Shown here piece by piece: positions 18,563-28,394 of a DNA stretch of 64,000 nt. The DNA comes from a virus. Both the position numbers and the translations under genes were made by a program. The stretch is taken from IMG/VR virus record IMGVR_UViG_3300000568_000014. One strand, given 5' to 3'. How positions within the stretch are numbered: position 1 is the first letter of the stretch; every line of letters begins with the position of its first letter. The notes below the pieces were generated by a model. That model did not search any database and was not told the origin of the DNA. It saw nothing but the letters and a program-made list of their open reading frames with translations.

Positions 18563-20905
18563 ATGATTCCAATCGGTATCACACAAGTGGAATACAGCAG
18601 TGGAAAGAATGGTCCTACCATACACTTGTTTGGTAGAACCAAAACAGGATCTCCTTGTAGAGTTGATGTTGATAATTTTAGACCATACTTCTATATACTA
18701 AAATCAGAAGAGAAAAAGGCAATTAATAGAAATCTTGTTGTAGAGAAAAAGGAGTATGCTTCTATAAGAGGTGAAAAACTATTAAAAGTATATACAACAA
18801 ATCCAGGAGATGTACGCGAAGAGAGAGAAAATTTTACACATCATGAAGCGGATATAGCTTTTGGAATTAGATTTTTAGTGGACAGAGGAATAAAATCTGG
18901 AATAGAAATACCAGATCTAAGAGTAGATTATAGGGAAGTAATTCCATCGGATATATACGTTCCACTCAGACAGTGTTTCATAGATATTGAGTGTTCAGAC
19001 GAGCACGGATTCCCAGTTGCAGATAGAGATCCTATAACTTCAATTACATGCTGGGATTCTTTTGACGACAAGTATACTACTTTTTTCGCTGGTCCATTCT
19101 TTAAGAGCGAAATGAATGATGTTGTTCTCTGTAGGGGTGAAAAGGATTTATTGGGAAGATTCATCCAATACATCAAAAAGACAAATCCTGATTTGTTAGC
19201 TGGATGGAATGTTGATAAATTCGATATACCCTATATAAACAAGAGATTGGAAGTAAACCACATCCCTACAGATTCCATAGCGCGTTTACCTGGGAGATCG
19301 ATGCCTGATAGAGTCCGTGGTAGAATCGTTTTTGATTTGCTATCATCCTACAAAAAAATGCTTCGCAGCGAAATCGACTCATATAGATTGGATAATGTAG
19401 CGGCTGTGGAACTTGGAGAAACAAAGGTCAGATTTAAAGGCAAATTAATAGACTTACTGCGGAGTGACCCGAAAACATTTGTAGAATATAACCGGAAGGA
19501 CGTTGAATTATGCGTTAGCATAAATAAAAAGAAGAAAATAATAGATTTCTTCTACGAGGTTGCCCGTTTCGCTGGAATGTCAATGGACAAAACCTTATGG
19601 TCTTCTAACGTCGTGGATGTTTATGTTTTGAGAAAGGCAAGTGGTAGATTTGTCTTACCATCTAGAGGTGGGAAGGGGGAGAAATATCAAGGTGCTCTGG
19701 TATTAGATCCTAGTATTGGTTTAAAGGATAATGTTATTACCGTAGATCTAAAAGCATTATATCCCCTTATAATGGTTTCTCTGAATATGTCAATCGAAAC
19801 ATTAGATCCCAACGGGGAATGTGTCGCCTCCAATGGAATTCGATTTAAATCTTCTCCAGATGGATTGTCGCGCGAGATTCTAATGACTTTAATTTCGCAG
19901 AGAGACGAAAGGAAGAAATTAAGAAACACCTTTCCATATGGTTCTTTGGAATATGAAACATATGATTTACAACAAGAGGCGATGAAGATCATAATAAATA
20001 CCTATTATGGCGTTAGTGGAAATCCATCATTTCGATTATATTGTAGGGATATAGCAGATGCGATTACGTCTACTGGTAGATCTATAATTGAGTTTTCGAA
20101 AAATGAGGTTGATAAAATGGGTTATTCCGTAATATATGGGGATACTGATTCCATGATGATAGAGCTTGGATCTAAACTAAATAATCTTGATGAAATAATA
20201 GATATATCAAAACATATTGAAAAGACCCTTAATGATAGTTATGGAATCTTTGCTAATACCCTTGGAGTTTCTAATCATTATTTTTCTATAAAATTTGAAA
20301 AAATATATAAAAAATTTTTACAAACGGGCAAGAAGAAACGCTATGCGGGGCATCTCGTCTGGAAAGAGGGAAGTATTTCAGATGTTATTGAAATTGTTGG
20401 TTTTGAATCTCGTAGAAGTGATGTTCCAACAATTTCAAGGAGTTTTTTTAAGGATGTTATTAGGATGATTTTAATGGGAGAACAGTATTTCGTGATTAAG
20501 TCAAAAATACAAAAATTTATATCAGATTATAGAAATGGTGTTTTCTCTCTTGATGAGATTGCCATTCCATCGAGCATAACAAAACCGTTTCCTCAATATT
20601 TATCGAAAGATGCTCATATAAGGGGAGCCATCTATAGTAACAAGTATTTAGGAACCAATTTCGGGTCTGGTAGCAAGCCGAAAAGAATATACATAAAAGA
20701 CGTTCTGGATCGAAATTCCTACGCTATGACTGATGTGATATCTTTTGAGTATGGAGAACAAATTCCAAATGTATTTGTTGTAGATTATGAATTGATGCTT
20801 ATGAAAACTATAAGAGATCCAATTATGAGGGTGATGGAGCCATTGGGGTATTCGTGGGAGGATTTTGATCCTTCTTGTAGAACTCTCTCAGACTTTGGAA
20901 TGTAA
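18563..20905 (+). CDS. polB: family B DNA polymerase
   Basis: Exo I DIE, GWNVDKFD, YNRKD; DLKALYP, KIIINTYYG, YGDTDS, KKRYAG. Confidence 0.96.
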   Translation: MIPIGITQVEYSSGKNGPTIHLFGRTKTGSPCRVDVDNFRPYFYILKSEEKKAINRNLVVEKKEYASIRGEKLLKVYTTNPGDVREERENFTHHEADIAFGIRFLVDRGIKSGIEIPDLRVDYREVIPSDIYVPLRQCFIDIECSDEHGFPVADRDPITSITCWDSFDDKYTTFFAGPFFKSEMNDVVLCRGEKDLLGRFIQYIKKTNPDLLAGWNVDKFDIPYINKRLEVNHIPTDSIARLPGRSMPDRVRGRIVFDLLSSYKKMLRSEIDSYRLDNVAAVELGETKVRFKGKLIDLLRSDPKTFVEYNRKDVELCVSINKKKKIIDFFYEVARFAGMSMDKTLWSSNVVDVYVLRKASGRFVLPSRGGKGEKYQGALVLDPSIGLKDNVITVDLKALYPLIMVSLNMSIETLDPNGECVASNGIRFKSSPDGLSREILMTLISQRDERKKLRNTFPYGSLEYETYDLQQEAMKIIINTYYGVSGNPSFRLYCRDIADAITSTGRSIIEFSKNEVDKMGYSVIYGDTDSMMIELGSKLNNLDEIIDISKHIEKTLNDSYGIFANTLGVSNHYFSIKFEKIYKKFLQTGKKKRYAGHLVWKEGSISDVIEIVGFESRRSDVPTISRSFFKDVIRMILMGEQYFVIKSKIQKFISDYRNGVFSLDEIAIPSSITKPFPQYLSKDAHIRGAIYSNKYLGTNFGSGSKPKRIYIKDVLDRNSYAMTDVISFEYGEQIPNVFVVDYELMLMKTIRDPIMRVMEPLGYSWEDFDPSCRTLSDFGM

Positions 20906-20944
20906 TAGAAAGTATTATATATTTTAAATTCTTACTATGTAAGT

Positions 20945-21079
20945 ATGAGTGAACAAGAGCGTGAGAAAAAATTTTCAAGGCCCAAATGTCCCCGTTGTAA
21001 TTCATCAAGTATCGTTGTCCGGGTAGATGGATCGATTTTCTGTCGTCGATGTGGATGTGACACCAGGGACTTAAGTTGA
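20945..21079 (+). CDS. small Zn-ribbon protein (44 aa, not in ORF track)
   Basis: MSEQEREKKFSRPKCPRCNSSSIVVRVDGSIFCRRCGCDTRDLS. Confidence 0.6.
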   Translation: MSEQEREKKFSRPKCPRCNSSSIVVRVDGSIFCRRCGCDTRDLS

Positions 21080-21089
21080 TTGTTTTATC

Positions 21090-21290
21090 ATGTCAATGAA
21101 AGGATTAAAACATACCGATGAATGGAAACAATGGGCGAGTGAATCTCGTTCTGGGGATAAAAATCCATTTTTTGGTAAACCCCATAGTTTAGAATCTGAG
21201 TCCTTTTATACTATTGAAGAATATGGAGATATTTGTATAGAAAAAATGGAACAAACAATGGTGCGTACCTTTCCTGTGGTGTATACCTAG
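21090..21290 (+). pseudogene. NUMOD3-motif fragment, probable homing endonuclease remnant
   Basis: KGLKHTDEWK..SGDKNPFFGKPHS; no nuclease domain follows. Confidence 0.55.
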
Positions 21291-21578
21291 ATGATACGAC
21301 TTTTTGAGTGCTTCTCATCAAAGAATGTCTGTCTCGAACCTAACAAAGAGACTGAAGTTTCTGTGTACACAAAGAACATACAGATAAGAGACAATGATAA
21401 TATATCATTCTTTGAAAATTTTAAGTTAGATGACGCAGGTGTACATGGGGCTGGAACAAAGTACGATGGGAAAAAATTATATATATTCTTACTAAATACT
21501 GGAGAAAGCGATGTGAACGTAAAGCGTGGTGAATACTTAGGGAATATTTTATTGGAAGAGATAATATCCAGGGAGTGA
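21291..21578 (+). CDS. degenerate dUTPase-like protein
   Basis: YDGKKLYIFLLNTGESDVNVKRGEYLGNILL resembles the dUTPase motif 3-4 region; catalytic motifs missing. Confidence 0.35.
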   Translation: MIRLFECFSSKNVCLEPNKETEVSVYTKNIQIRDNDNISFFENFKLDDAGVHGAGTKYDGKKLYIFLLNTGESDVNVKRGEYLGNILLEEIISRE

Positions 21579-21581
21579 GAA

Positions 21582-21884
21582 ATGGAAGGGGAAGAAAACG
21601 AAATTAATTACAAAGATCTTAGAGATACAACAATAGAAATTGTTGTTGGTTTGGGATTTCATATAAACATACTTGGAAAAATGTATGAAGATCCAAGATA
21701 TTACTCCGAAAGAGAAGTTTTTGGACTTCTTATACAACAGACTAGTGAATTCATAAATTACTATATGTTATTCTTCGGTATAACAGAAGAAGAATACAAA
21801 GAAAAGGTATCTCAATATGTGAAAGAAAATAAACTTATATTCATTGATAGAAATACTGGTTTTGAAAATGTAGAATTTGGATAA
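21582..21884 (+). CDS. hypothetical protein
   Basis: 100-aa ORF with RBS. Confidence 0.5.
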   Translation: MEGEENEINYKDLRDTTIEIVVGLGFHINILGKMYEDPRYYSEREVFGLLIQQTSEFINYYMLFFGITEEEYKEKVSQYVKENKLIFIDRNTGFENVEFG

Positions 21885-22904
21885 TTATTTCTTTTCCATA
21901 ATAACGCCAACAAGCATTAGAGAACACATCATAGCAACCACCGGCATTAAAATCCCGCCTCCTGAAGGCTCTGGCTCCGGTCCTGGTTGTTCTCCGCTTG
22001 GTAACTCTATATTGAGTAATGAAAAGACTGTGTTAATCTTGTTTGCTACTCCGAAATAATTTCCATAGTCATCTTGTCCACCTGCAAACAATAGACCCAC
22101 CGCGTTATCTTCATCGTCTAAGAGAAGCGATCCCGAATCTCCCCCCTCTATTTTGATCATTACGAGAAGCTGATCTGAAAATGTAATCTGCTGACCGTTA
22201 TAGTCTACAATTCCTGTAAAGTCGGTATCAATGATTTGTCCTCTTGTGAAACCGCTCGTTCTTCCTGCCTTTTTTACATTTATTCCCTGAGTTACCGTTC
22301 TTAATCCTTTAACTTCTATATATTGACTGTTTTCTCCGAGGATATATGGAGATGCTTCTACGCTGGCGTTAGCTACAGCGCAATCGACAACGTTTGTAGA
22401 GGTTGTCTTTAGTGGAATCCACCTGTTTAGGGTTCCTATAGTGTCTTCTATTTTCCCGCCGTCAAACGGGCCTGGATTAAGTACAGGATCGGAGACTTGT
22501 GCCCTAGGATTTCCTTCAAATGATACGTTTGCATAAACGTGGTTGTTCGACAAAAAAAGTGGTTTGTCTGTATATTCGTCTTGCACGATGCAGCCTATTG
22601 TTCCTGCTGTGACCGCGTAGTGTCCAGTACTAATCCCTCCTACAACAGGACGGTATCTCCATAATCTTTCTGGATCGGCAGCCATTGCGACGAAATCTGG
22701 AGCAGGTTTAAGTATTCCTACTTGTTTAATCAATACCGGATATCCTGCTATATTATTTGGAATTAATTCTAGTAACTTTTCGTTTACTTCGCTTACATAA
22801 ACTATTATATGGTTTCTATCCTCTGAAATTCCAACTCCCTGAACCTCTTCTATTCCAAGAAGTATATCTTCCATCTCCTTCTTGGATTCGAGAATAGAGG
22901 TCAT
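21885..22904 (-). CDS. trypsin-like serine protease (Nal1-like) with C-terminal membrane anchor
   Basis: SNNHVY (His), VDCAVA (Asp), GGDSGS (Ser), GRTSG; N-terminal prodomain; PE linker then TM and EKK. Confidence 0.85.
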   Translation of the reverse strand: MTSILESKKEMEDILLGIEEVQGVGISEDRNHIIVYVSEVNEKLLELIPNNIAGYPVLIKQVGILKPAPDFVAMAADPERLWRYRPVVGGISTGHYAVTAGTIGCIVQDEYTDKPLFLSNNHVYANVSFEGNPRAQVSDPVLNPGPFDGGKIEDTIGTLNRWIPLKTTSTNVVDCAVANASVEASPYILGENSQYIEVKGLRTVTQGINVKKAGRTSGFTRGQIIDTDFTGIVDYNGQQITFSDQLLVMIKIEGGDSGSLLLDDEDNAVGLLFAGGQDDYGNYFGVANKINTVFSLLNIELPSGEQPGPEPEPSGGGILMPVVAMMCSLMLVGVIMEKK

Positions 22905-22906
22905 AC

Positions 22907-23140
22907 TTAACCCCTTTCCATCTCTATACGAAGTGTCAGATCTCCGAATACCTCTATTGATTGTCTCACTTTCTTGTAGAATCTCTGTATAACGACAATA
23001 TCATATATTCCGCTCGGAACTTCCATTGAAAACTCTCCGGTTTCATGAGATAGCGCAAAACTTTTTCCTATAATAACAGTTGCGTTTTCAATTGGACGGG
23101 AAGTTCCTTTTTCGTAAACCACCCCGTTTATAAATACCAT
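22907..23140 (-). CDS. carboxypeptidase-regulatory-like (prealbumin-fold) domain protein
   Basis: INGVVYE..PIENATV..GEFSMEVPSGIYDIVV. Confidence 0.7.
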   Translation of the reverse strand: MVFINGVVYEKGTSRPIENATVIIGKSFALSHETGEFSMEVPSGIYDIVVIQRFYKKVRQSIEVFGDLTLRIEMERG

Positions 23141-23191
23141 GAATACTTATTTATCTTTCCAAAATAAAAACTCTTCTTAAGTGGGATTGCC

Positions 23192-23875
23192 GTGACACAT
23201 GTTAGTAGAGTTGATGTAACAGAGTCAAGAATAAATGAAGGACAAAATGTTACCGTAAATGTTTGGGTTCAAAGTGATTATCTTGATGTAGGAACTCCAT
23301 ATGATGTGGAGGTTTTCATTTCTAGAACTGGTTCTGCTGGAACATGGGTTAGCGTAACATCTCGTCCCGGTCTTATTCCTTGGTGGGGAGAATTCCGTCT
23401 TGATCCTATAACGATAAGTCTTCAAGAATCCGGCAACATATATGTTGGGGCGAAGGATAAAGGAGAACCGGAACCGGGAATCCCAGAATATTATGACATT
23501 GTAGAGGTTATTCCTCCGATATCACCGGGATATGGACTTCTTATCGTAAGGACTCTTCCAAGTGGGGCGAGTGTGTTCGTTGATGGATCATACAGGGGAT
23601 TAACACCAAGAGATGTTCAAGTTCCAATAGGAAATCATACCCTTCGCATCAAGAAGGAAAATTATAAGGAGATCATAGAAACAGTCACCATATCAGATCA
23701 GAGTATCACTACTAGGTCTCATACTCTCGAAACCGAAACTGGTTTGTGGGACGAATTTATGAAATATGCTCCATATATTGCTCTCGCGGCAGGGGGTATA
23801 ATTGTTCTTTGGGTTGCTACAACTCCAAGGGGTCAAAGAACCGGAAAGGCTGTATATAAAAGAATATCGGAGTAA
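23192..23875 (+). CDS. Ig-like plus PEGA domain protein with C-terminal TM
   Basis: LIVRTLPSGASVFVDGSYRGLTP..GNHTLRIKKENY PEGA motif; TM and basic tail. Confidence 0.8.
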   Translation: MTHVSRVDVTESRINEGQNVTVNVWVQSDYLDVGTPYDVEVFISRTGSAGTWVSVTSRPGLIPWWGEFRLDPITISLQESGNIYVGAKDKGEPEPGIPEYYDIVEVIPPISPGYGLLIVRTLPSGASVFVDGSYRGLTPRDVQVPIGNHTLRIKKENYKEIIETVTISDQSITTRSHTLETETGLWDEFMKYAPYIALAAGGIIVLWVATTPRGQRTGKAVYKRISE

Positions 23876-23880
23876 ATATT

Positions 23881-24399
23881 ATGGTCGAAAATGCGTACGC
23901 CGGTGAAGAGGTAAAGGGAACCCGGACATATTTAGACCCGAATTCAACATACATGGAAAATGGAAAATTCTACGAGTCAACATACAACGTGGGGGGCATC
24001 CAGCCGTTATATGATCCCGATTGGAGAGAAGTTGCAATCCAAAAGGCGCAGGAAGCAGTAGAAGAAACACCTGGGTGTTTCATAAGATATGCATACGTTG
24101 AACCAAATGGCCAAGTCAGAGTTCAGTGGTTATATGACTATGATGCGTACGCGTATTCTATGTCAGAGAAGGGAATTTCAGTTCCAAAGGTTGCTCCTTT
24201 GGTGCTTGCTGGGTATGTTGTTATTGCAATAGCGGTTGCCATAACAGCAATATTTTTGTATTTAAATATATCTGAGTTTTCAACATTAAATCCAGAGACA
24301 GCGGAATCAGTAAAATGGATTGGTATTGCAATTGCCGCTGTTGCGGGATCGGTTGCTGTTTATTTCATTGTTAAAGCAATAGATCGATGGCGGCAATGA
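23881..24399 (+). CDS. two-TM membrane protein (putative virion protein)
   Basis: Two C-terminal hydrophobic helices. Confidence 0.6.
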   Translation: MVENAYAGEEVKGTRTYLDPNSTYMENGKFYESTYNVGGIQPLYDPDWREVAIQKAQEAVEETPGCFIRYAYVEPNGQVRVQWLYDYDAYAYSMSEKGISVPKVAPLVLAGYVVIAIAVAITAIFLYLNISEFSTLNPETAESVKWIGIAIAAVAGSVAVYFIVKAIDRWRQ

Positions 24400-24445
24400 C
24401 GTTTTTCAAATACTTTTTTATATATGTGTTGCCTAATAATTAAAC

Positions 24446-24883
24446 ATGGATACCGAAAATCTGAAACTGGTCGCCATGGCTGGTGGCGCGGCTCAGCCGT
24501 TCATTCTTAAGGAATACGTTTTCAAGGGTACTGATACCCTTCTGGTTCCTCAGATGGGTAAATATGGGAAGACCTCTTCTGTTGTAAATATGGCAGCAGG
24601 TGGAGTTGCCGTTGCAGCAGCACTTATTGGAAAGTATATGCACAAAGGTCTTACTAGAGAGGATTATCAGGATCTCGCACTTTCGTACGGCATTCCAGCT
24701 CTGACAGCAGGACTTCTCCTTGACTACATGAATTATACGCCAACTGCCGCTATGGTCCCTCGTATGGTATCAGGAGCACGGGCAACGGTATCAGGAGCAC
24801 GGGCAATGGGTGCCCCCGTTGTCGTAACTCGCAGTCCCTACTCCGGTAGGAAGCAGGAGACCGCTGAGCGCGGGGTTTATTAA
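24446..24883 (+). CDS. Ala/Gly-rich membrane protein (putative major virion membrane protein)
   Basis: Hydrophobic helices; strong TATA upstream; 21-bp tandem duplication at 24766-24806 (VSGARA x2). Confidence 0.55.
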   Translation: MDTENLKLVAMAGGAAQPFILKEYVFKGTDTLLVPQMGKYGKTSSVVNMAAGGVAVAAALIGKYMHKGLTREDYQDLALSYGIPALTAGLLLDYMNYTPTAAMVPRMVSGARATVSGARAMGAPVVVTRSPYSGRKQETAERGVY

Positions 24884-24901
24884 AAATAAATTTTTCCCGC
24901 G

Positions 24902-25069
24902 TCAGTAAACTTTTCCAGTCAGGAGATGATGGGTTTTCCTATAGTGATCCATAAGGAACTGTAGGGAATCCTCTAAATTCTTAAAACCTCGTTCAAACGT
25001 AAGTGATTCAAAATCTGATTTTGTCTTTCCGGTGCATCGTATTCGTATCATTTCTGTCTTGTTTTTCAT
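24902..25069 (-). CDS. small ribbon-helix-helix-like protein (55 aa, not in ORF track)
   Basis: MKNKTEMIRIRCTGKTKSDFESLTFERGFKNLEDSLQFLMDHY. Confidence 0.45.
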   Translation of the reverse strand: MKNKTEMIRIRCTGKTKSDFESLTFERGFKNLEDSLQFLMDHYRKTHHLLTGKVY

Positions 25070-25137
25070 GAGTAACACTTGTGCTACATAGTATTTATAT
25101 ATTCTTTTATCCTACATATATGCGGTGAAAACCAAGA

Positions 25138-25998
25138 ATGGCAAAAGACACTTTTGAGTATTCCAATGGGAAACTCATGCGAATCAACAACGGTTCGGGA
25201 ACCGTTGATGACTATTTTGGTCCTGAAATCGACAACGATGTAAACATCTTTGCCGGTGGTAAGACCAACCAGGAGTGGGCATCTCTTGAGCGAGCTGAAA
25301 TTGCTGCCGTGGAGAAGGCTTTTATGTCCAAGTATCGGCACCTTGCGAAGGTATGTCCTCCGCTTGCAGAGTCTATGCTTCCTCAGCTTCCCGCATTCAT
25401 TAAATGGGGTGCCGTAGCAAAGGCTGCAATTCCGGGCGATAAGCCTCTGGGATTCCCTGCATCTGCGGGTGGTATTGGTGTTGATTGGATTGCTCCTCAG
25501 ACTTACATGAGTAACGCTACCGAGGCAACCTCTGGAAGCTACACCATGTATAATGATTCTAACACCCGTATCGGAAGGGTATGGGATATTGATCTTACTG
25601 CCGGTACTGCCGCCTATCTCGCTGGGGAAGCAGCTCAATGGTATAGAGGCAATATTGTTGATCTTCGGCACACCTTCGTTGTAGTCGCTCAGGATGGTAT
25701 CCTTGAAATTGGAACTACACCCGTCCTGAATCAGGTTGTATTCCAGACAGAAGCTCAGACAAAGTACACCTCTACTGCAATGTCTCCAGTTGTAACTCAA
25801 ACCCTCCGTGATGGGACTCAGATTTACCAGTATAACACTGTTGGTCAGATTGCAATGCCGCACACCTTCGGAAGTAAGATTGGTGTCTTCCCAAGCGTGA
25901 CTGGTACTTCTACAATCCCGCTCATGGGGATGGTGTTCTACGAGCACTCTCTGTTCGCACTTTCGACCAACCCGACTTACGGTATGATGTACACGTAG
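25138..25998 (+). CDS. candidate major structural protein
   Basis: 286 aa, helical N-half and beta-rich C-half, own TATA (TTTATATA ~25094), GC-richer codon usage, heads the structural operon. Confidence 0.5.
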   Translation: MAKDTFEYSNGKLMRINNGSGTVDDYFGPEIDNDVNIFAGGKTNQEWASLERAEIAAVEKAFMSKYRHLAKVCPPLAESMLPQLPAFIKWGAVAKAAIPGDKPLGFPASAGGIGVDWIAPQTYMSNATEATSGSYTMYNDSNTRIGRVWDIDLTAGTAAYLAGEAAQWYRGNIVDLRHTFVVVAQDGILEIGTTPVLNQVVFQTEAQTKYTSTAMSPVVTQTLRDGTQIYQYNTVGQIAMPHTFGSKIGVFPSVTGTSTIPLMGMVFYEHSLFALSTNPTYGMMYT

Positions 25999-26030
25999 AC
26001 AGGACTACTATTATTTTTTGAGTTGGTAAA

Positions 26031-26336
26031 ATGGCGACAGTAGCTTCAACTGTTACAGAAACTTTTGCGGGTCTTACCGCAGAAGGAAACCGCATTTATA
26101 ACATTAATGCGTTAATGACTTGTACCGTAGCTGCGGAAGACACTACTACAATCACATGTACTAAACTTCGTAAGATTAAAGGAACTCCGGGTTTATTCCA
26201 TGTTGCAAATGACTCTGGTGGTGCTCTTTACATTACATCTGAAACAGTTTCAGGAAATGTAATAACAATTGTTCTTAGTGCAAGCCCTGGAAACACCAAG
26301 AAAATGAGATTTGCAGGTCAGGTGATCGGAGTATGA
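26031..26336 (+). CDS. beta-rich structural protein, paralog 1 of 3
   Basis: TETFAGLTAEGNRIYNINA..TKLRKIKGTPGL shared with the next two ORFs. Confidence 0.65.
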   Translation: MATVASTVTETFAGLTAEGNRIYNINALMTCTVAAEDTTTITCTKLRKIKGTPGLFHVANDSGGALYITSETVSGNVITIVLSASPGNTKKMRFAGQVIGV

Positions 26337-26641
26337 CAACCGTTGCATCCGTAGTTACGGAAACCTTTAATGGACTTACGGCAGAGGGAAGGAAAATTTA
26401 CAATATTAATGCTGTAATGACAGATTCGGGCGCGGGAACTGATGATAAGACGACTATTACCTGTACTAGGCTTCGTAAGATTAAGGGAACTCCTGGGTTA
26501 ACAACCGTCGGAAATGATTCTGGTGGTATAATCTACGTTGTCTTGACCGCTGTATCTGGGAATGTTATAACATTAACCCTTAATGCCGCGCCAGGAGCGG
26601 GTAAGATAATGAACTTCGTCGGAACGGTGATTGGAGATTAA
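26333..26641 (+). CDS. beta-rich structural protein, paralog 2 of 3
   Basis: TETFNGLTAEGRKIYNINA..TRLRKIKGTPGL. Confidence 0.65.
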   Translation: MTTVASVVTETFNGLTAEGRKIYNINAVMTDSGAGTDDKTTITCTRLRKIKGTPGLTTVGNDSGGIIYVVLTAVSGNVITLTLNAAPGAGKIMNFVGTVIGD

Positions 26642-26651
26642 GGTGATTTAA

Positions 26652-26951
26652 ATGGCAAATGCTATAACCGTTACACAAACGTTTGTCGGTCTTACCGAGG
26701 AAGGAAATAAGATCTACAACGTACATGCATCTGCAAAGGGAGATGCAAGTTCTGCCGCAATTGCAATTCCCGTCACAAAGCTTCGCAAGATCAGGGGTCT
26801 TCCTGGGATGGCAATTACGAAGGATGATCAGGTTGCACCTGCATATATGGTGTCAGAGACAATTAGCGATACCACTATTACCGTTACTGTAAACGCAGTT
26901 GTTGAAAATAACAAGTACGTTGAGGTAGCAGGAGAGGTAATAGGCATCTAA
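26652..26951 (+). CDS. beta-rich structural protein, paralog 3 of 3
   Basis: TQTFVGLTEEGNKIYNVHA..TKLRKIRGLPGM. Confidence 0.65.
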   Translation: MANAITVTQTFVGLTEEGNKIYNVHASAKGDASSAAIAIPVTKLRKIRGLPGMAITKDDQVAPAYMVSETISDTTITVTVNAVVENNKYVEVAGEVIGI

Positions 26952-27127
26952 TCATTTTCGATGTAGGGGTTTCCTTCGGGAAACCATGGACACCCCTTGT
27001 AGAGAGAAAAATCTTCTGGGAGGTATTCCATTTCTTTAACCCTTTTGATAGGACAGTTTTTAAGGTGACTTTTTAAAGCTTGCTTGTTTTTGAAGAAACC
27101 CCCACAATGATAACAGTAAGATCCCAT
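26948..27127 (-). CDS. C2H2/C2HC zinc-finger protein (59 aa, not in ORF track)
   Basis: MGSYCYHCGGFFKNKQALKSHLKNC. Confidence 0.6.
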   Translation of the reverse strand: MGSYCYHCGGFFKNKQALKSHLKNCPIKRVKEMEYLPEDFSLYKGCPWFPEGNPYIEND

Positions 27128-27184
27128 TTCGTTATTCTATTTTAAAAGACACATATATATATTTGACCATTCAATATATTTATC

Positions 27185-27829
27185 ATGTCGGAGAAGTGTG
27201 TATATCTCTCGGTTGCAACAACCCCCTCTAATGTTGTAGTCGAGAATCTTGAAATTTATTTGATGGGAACTAGAACTCCGGTTTCTGTTATTAACATTGG
27301 AGAACATTTTGATATGGCAGTGTATGTTTCCAACACTGGTGGATCTGCAAGCGGAGTTAGCATCCAAGTTAAAATCGGAGAGTCAGTTATTGCAGGAGGA
27401 ACCTACACTATTGGAGAATATCCCGTCTCATCTCCGATGGAAATTATATTTGAGGATAGATATTTCGGGAACCCTGGAACCTATACTCTTTGTGGAATTG
27501 CTTCAGGAACCGGAATTACAACCACTCAAGATTGTAAGAATATTGAAGCTGTGGGAGAATACTTCCTTGAAATAACGGAGGCTCCGATAATATCTCCACC
27601 GACCGTTGAACTTGGGAATCCTGTTACAATTAATGTAAAATATAAGAATACCGGAAACATAGCACTTCCGGCAAACGTTGCACATATCTTGATTACTTCG
27701 AATTACCAAGTAATAGATGATAGGGCAATTGGACAGCTTGCCCCTGGTGCAACAGGAACATATAACATATCTTGGACCGCTACTGAAGCAGGAACATATA
27801 GCGTGTGCGCGAGGGTTAATTATCCGTGA
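27185..27829 (+). CDS. tandem CARDB/Ig-like domain protein
   Basis: Two repeats of the VxNTG..GTY.(L/V)C pattern; IGQLAPGATG. Confidence 0.75.
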   Translation: MSEKCVYLSVATTPSNVVVENLEIYLMGTRTPVSVINIGEHFDMAVYVSNTGGSASGVSIQVKIGESVIAGGTYTIGEYPVSSPMEIIFEDRYFGNPGTYTLCGIASGTGITTTQDCKNIEAVGEYFLEITEAPIISPPTVELGNPVTINVKYKNTGNIALPANVAHILITSNYQVIDDRAIGQLAPGATGTYNISWTATEAGTYSVCARVNYP

Positions 27830-27839
27830 GGTGTAGAAA

Positions 27840-28160
27840 ATGGCTATTGACGCTTGTTCATTTATGGAAGTTACCTCTCCATCAGCTCCTCAAGTAGAAA
27901 TAGTAAGTGTCATCATATACAGACACCTTACTTCAGAGGTTATTACTAGTGCGAATGTTGGGGATACGATTGATGTAGCATGTACCGTTAGGAACAATGG
28001 TTCGACTACTGCTAGTTTCCAGGCTGGGGTATATGTCAATGGAAACCTGTGGTATCAATTTGGTCATTCTTACCTTGGTGCGGGTGCTAGTGTAACAGAC
28101 AAGCAGGCTTTTAGGATAGCTGGACCTGGAGATCTTACGATATGCGCGGCTATTGTATGA
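27840..28160 (+). CDS. CARDB/Ig-like domain protein
   Basis: VGDTIDVACTVRNNGS..LGAGASVT..GDLTICA. Confidence 0.7.
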   Translation: MAIDACSFMEVTSPSAPQVEIVSVIIYRHLTSEVITSANVGDTIDVACTVRNNGSTTASFQAGVYVNGNLWYQFGHSYLGAGASVTDKQAFRIAGPGDLTICAAIV

Positions 28161-28169
28161 GGTAGATAA

Positions 28170-28394
28170 ATGGCATCAACTATGTGTTCCGATCTTGGAG
28201 TTACATCCGAGCCAGGACCGAATGGAGGGATTATTGAGTGGATTATCAACCATCCACTTGAATCTGCCTTGATGTTGTTAGCAACGGGAGCAATGGGCTA
28301 CCTTGTGTATGATAGTATGAAAGAAAAGAAATATGTACCAGCAAAGACAAAGACTGTTAAACCAACAAAAGCGAAAGCATCTGGTAGAAAGTAA
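28170..28394 (+). CDS. small TM anchor protein with basic tail
   Basis: N-terminal Cys strand, EPGPNGG linker, TM, Lys-rich tail. Confidence 0.6.
   Translation: MASTMCSDLGVTSEPGPNGGIIEWIINHPLESALMLLATGAMGYLVYDSMKEKKYVPAKTKTVKPTKAKASGRK

Noticed and set aside
25084..25947. Long antisense ORFs (e.g. 25084..25947, 29565..30281, 52375..53244)
   Set aside because: Shadows of well-supported plus-strand genes, with no motifs or RBS
26968..26985. GGTTTCC-TTCG-GGAAACC hairpin as a terminator or ncRNA
   Set aside because: Lies inside the minus-strand zinc-finger ORF and has no U-tract; it may stabilise the structural mRNA 3' end but is unsupported
27827..28172. Programmed readthrough or frameshift fusing the Ig genes
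   Set aside because: The first junction is out of frame, the second has two in-frame stops (TGA GGT AGA TAA), and each downstream gene has its own RBS
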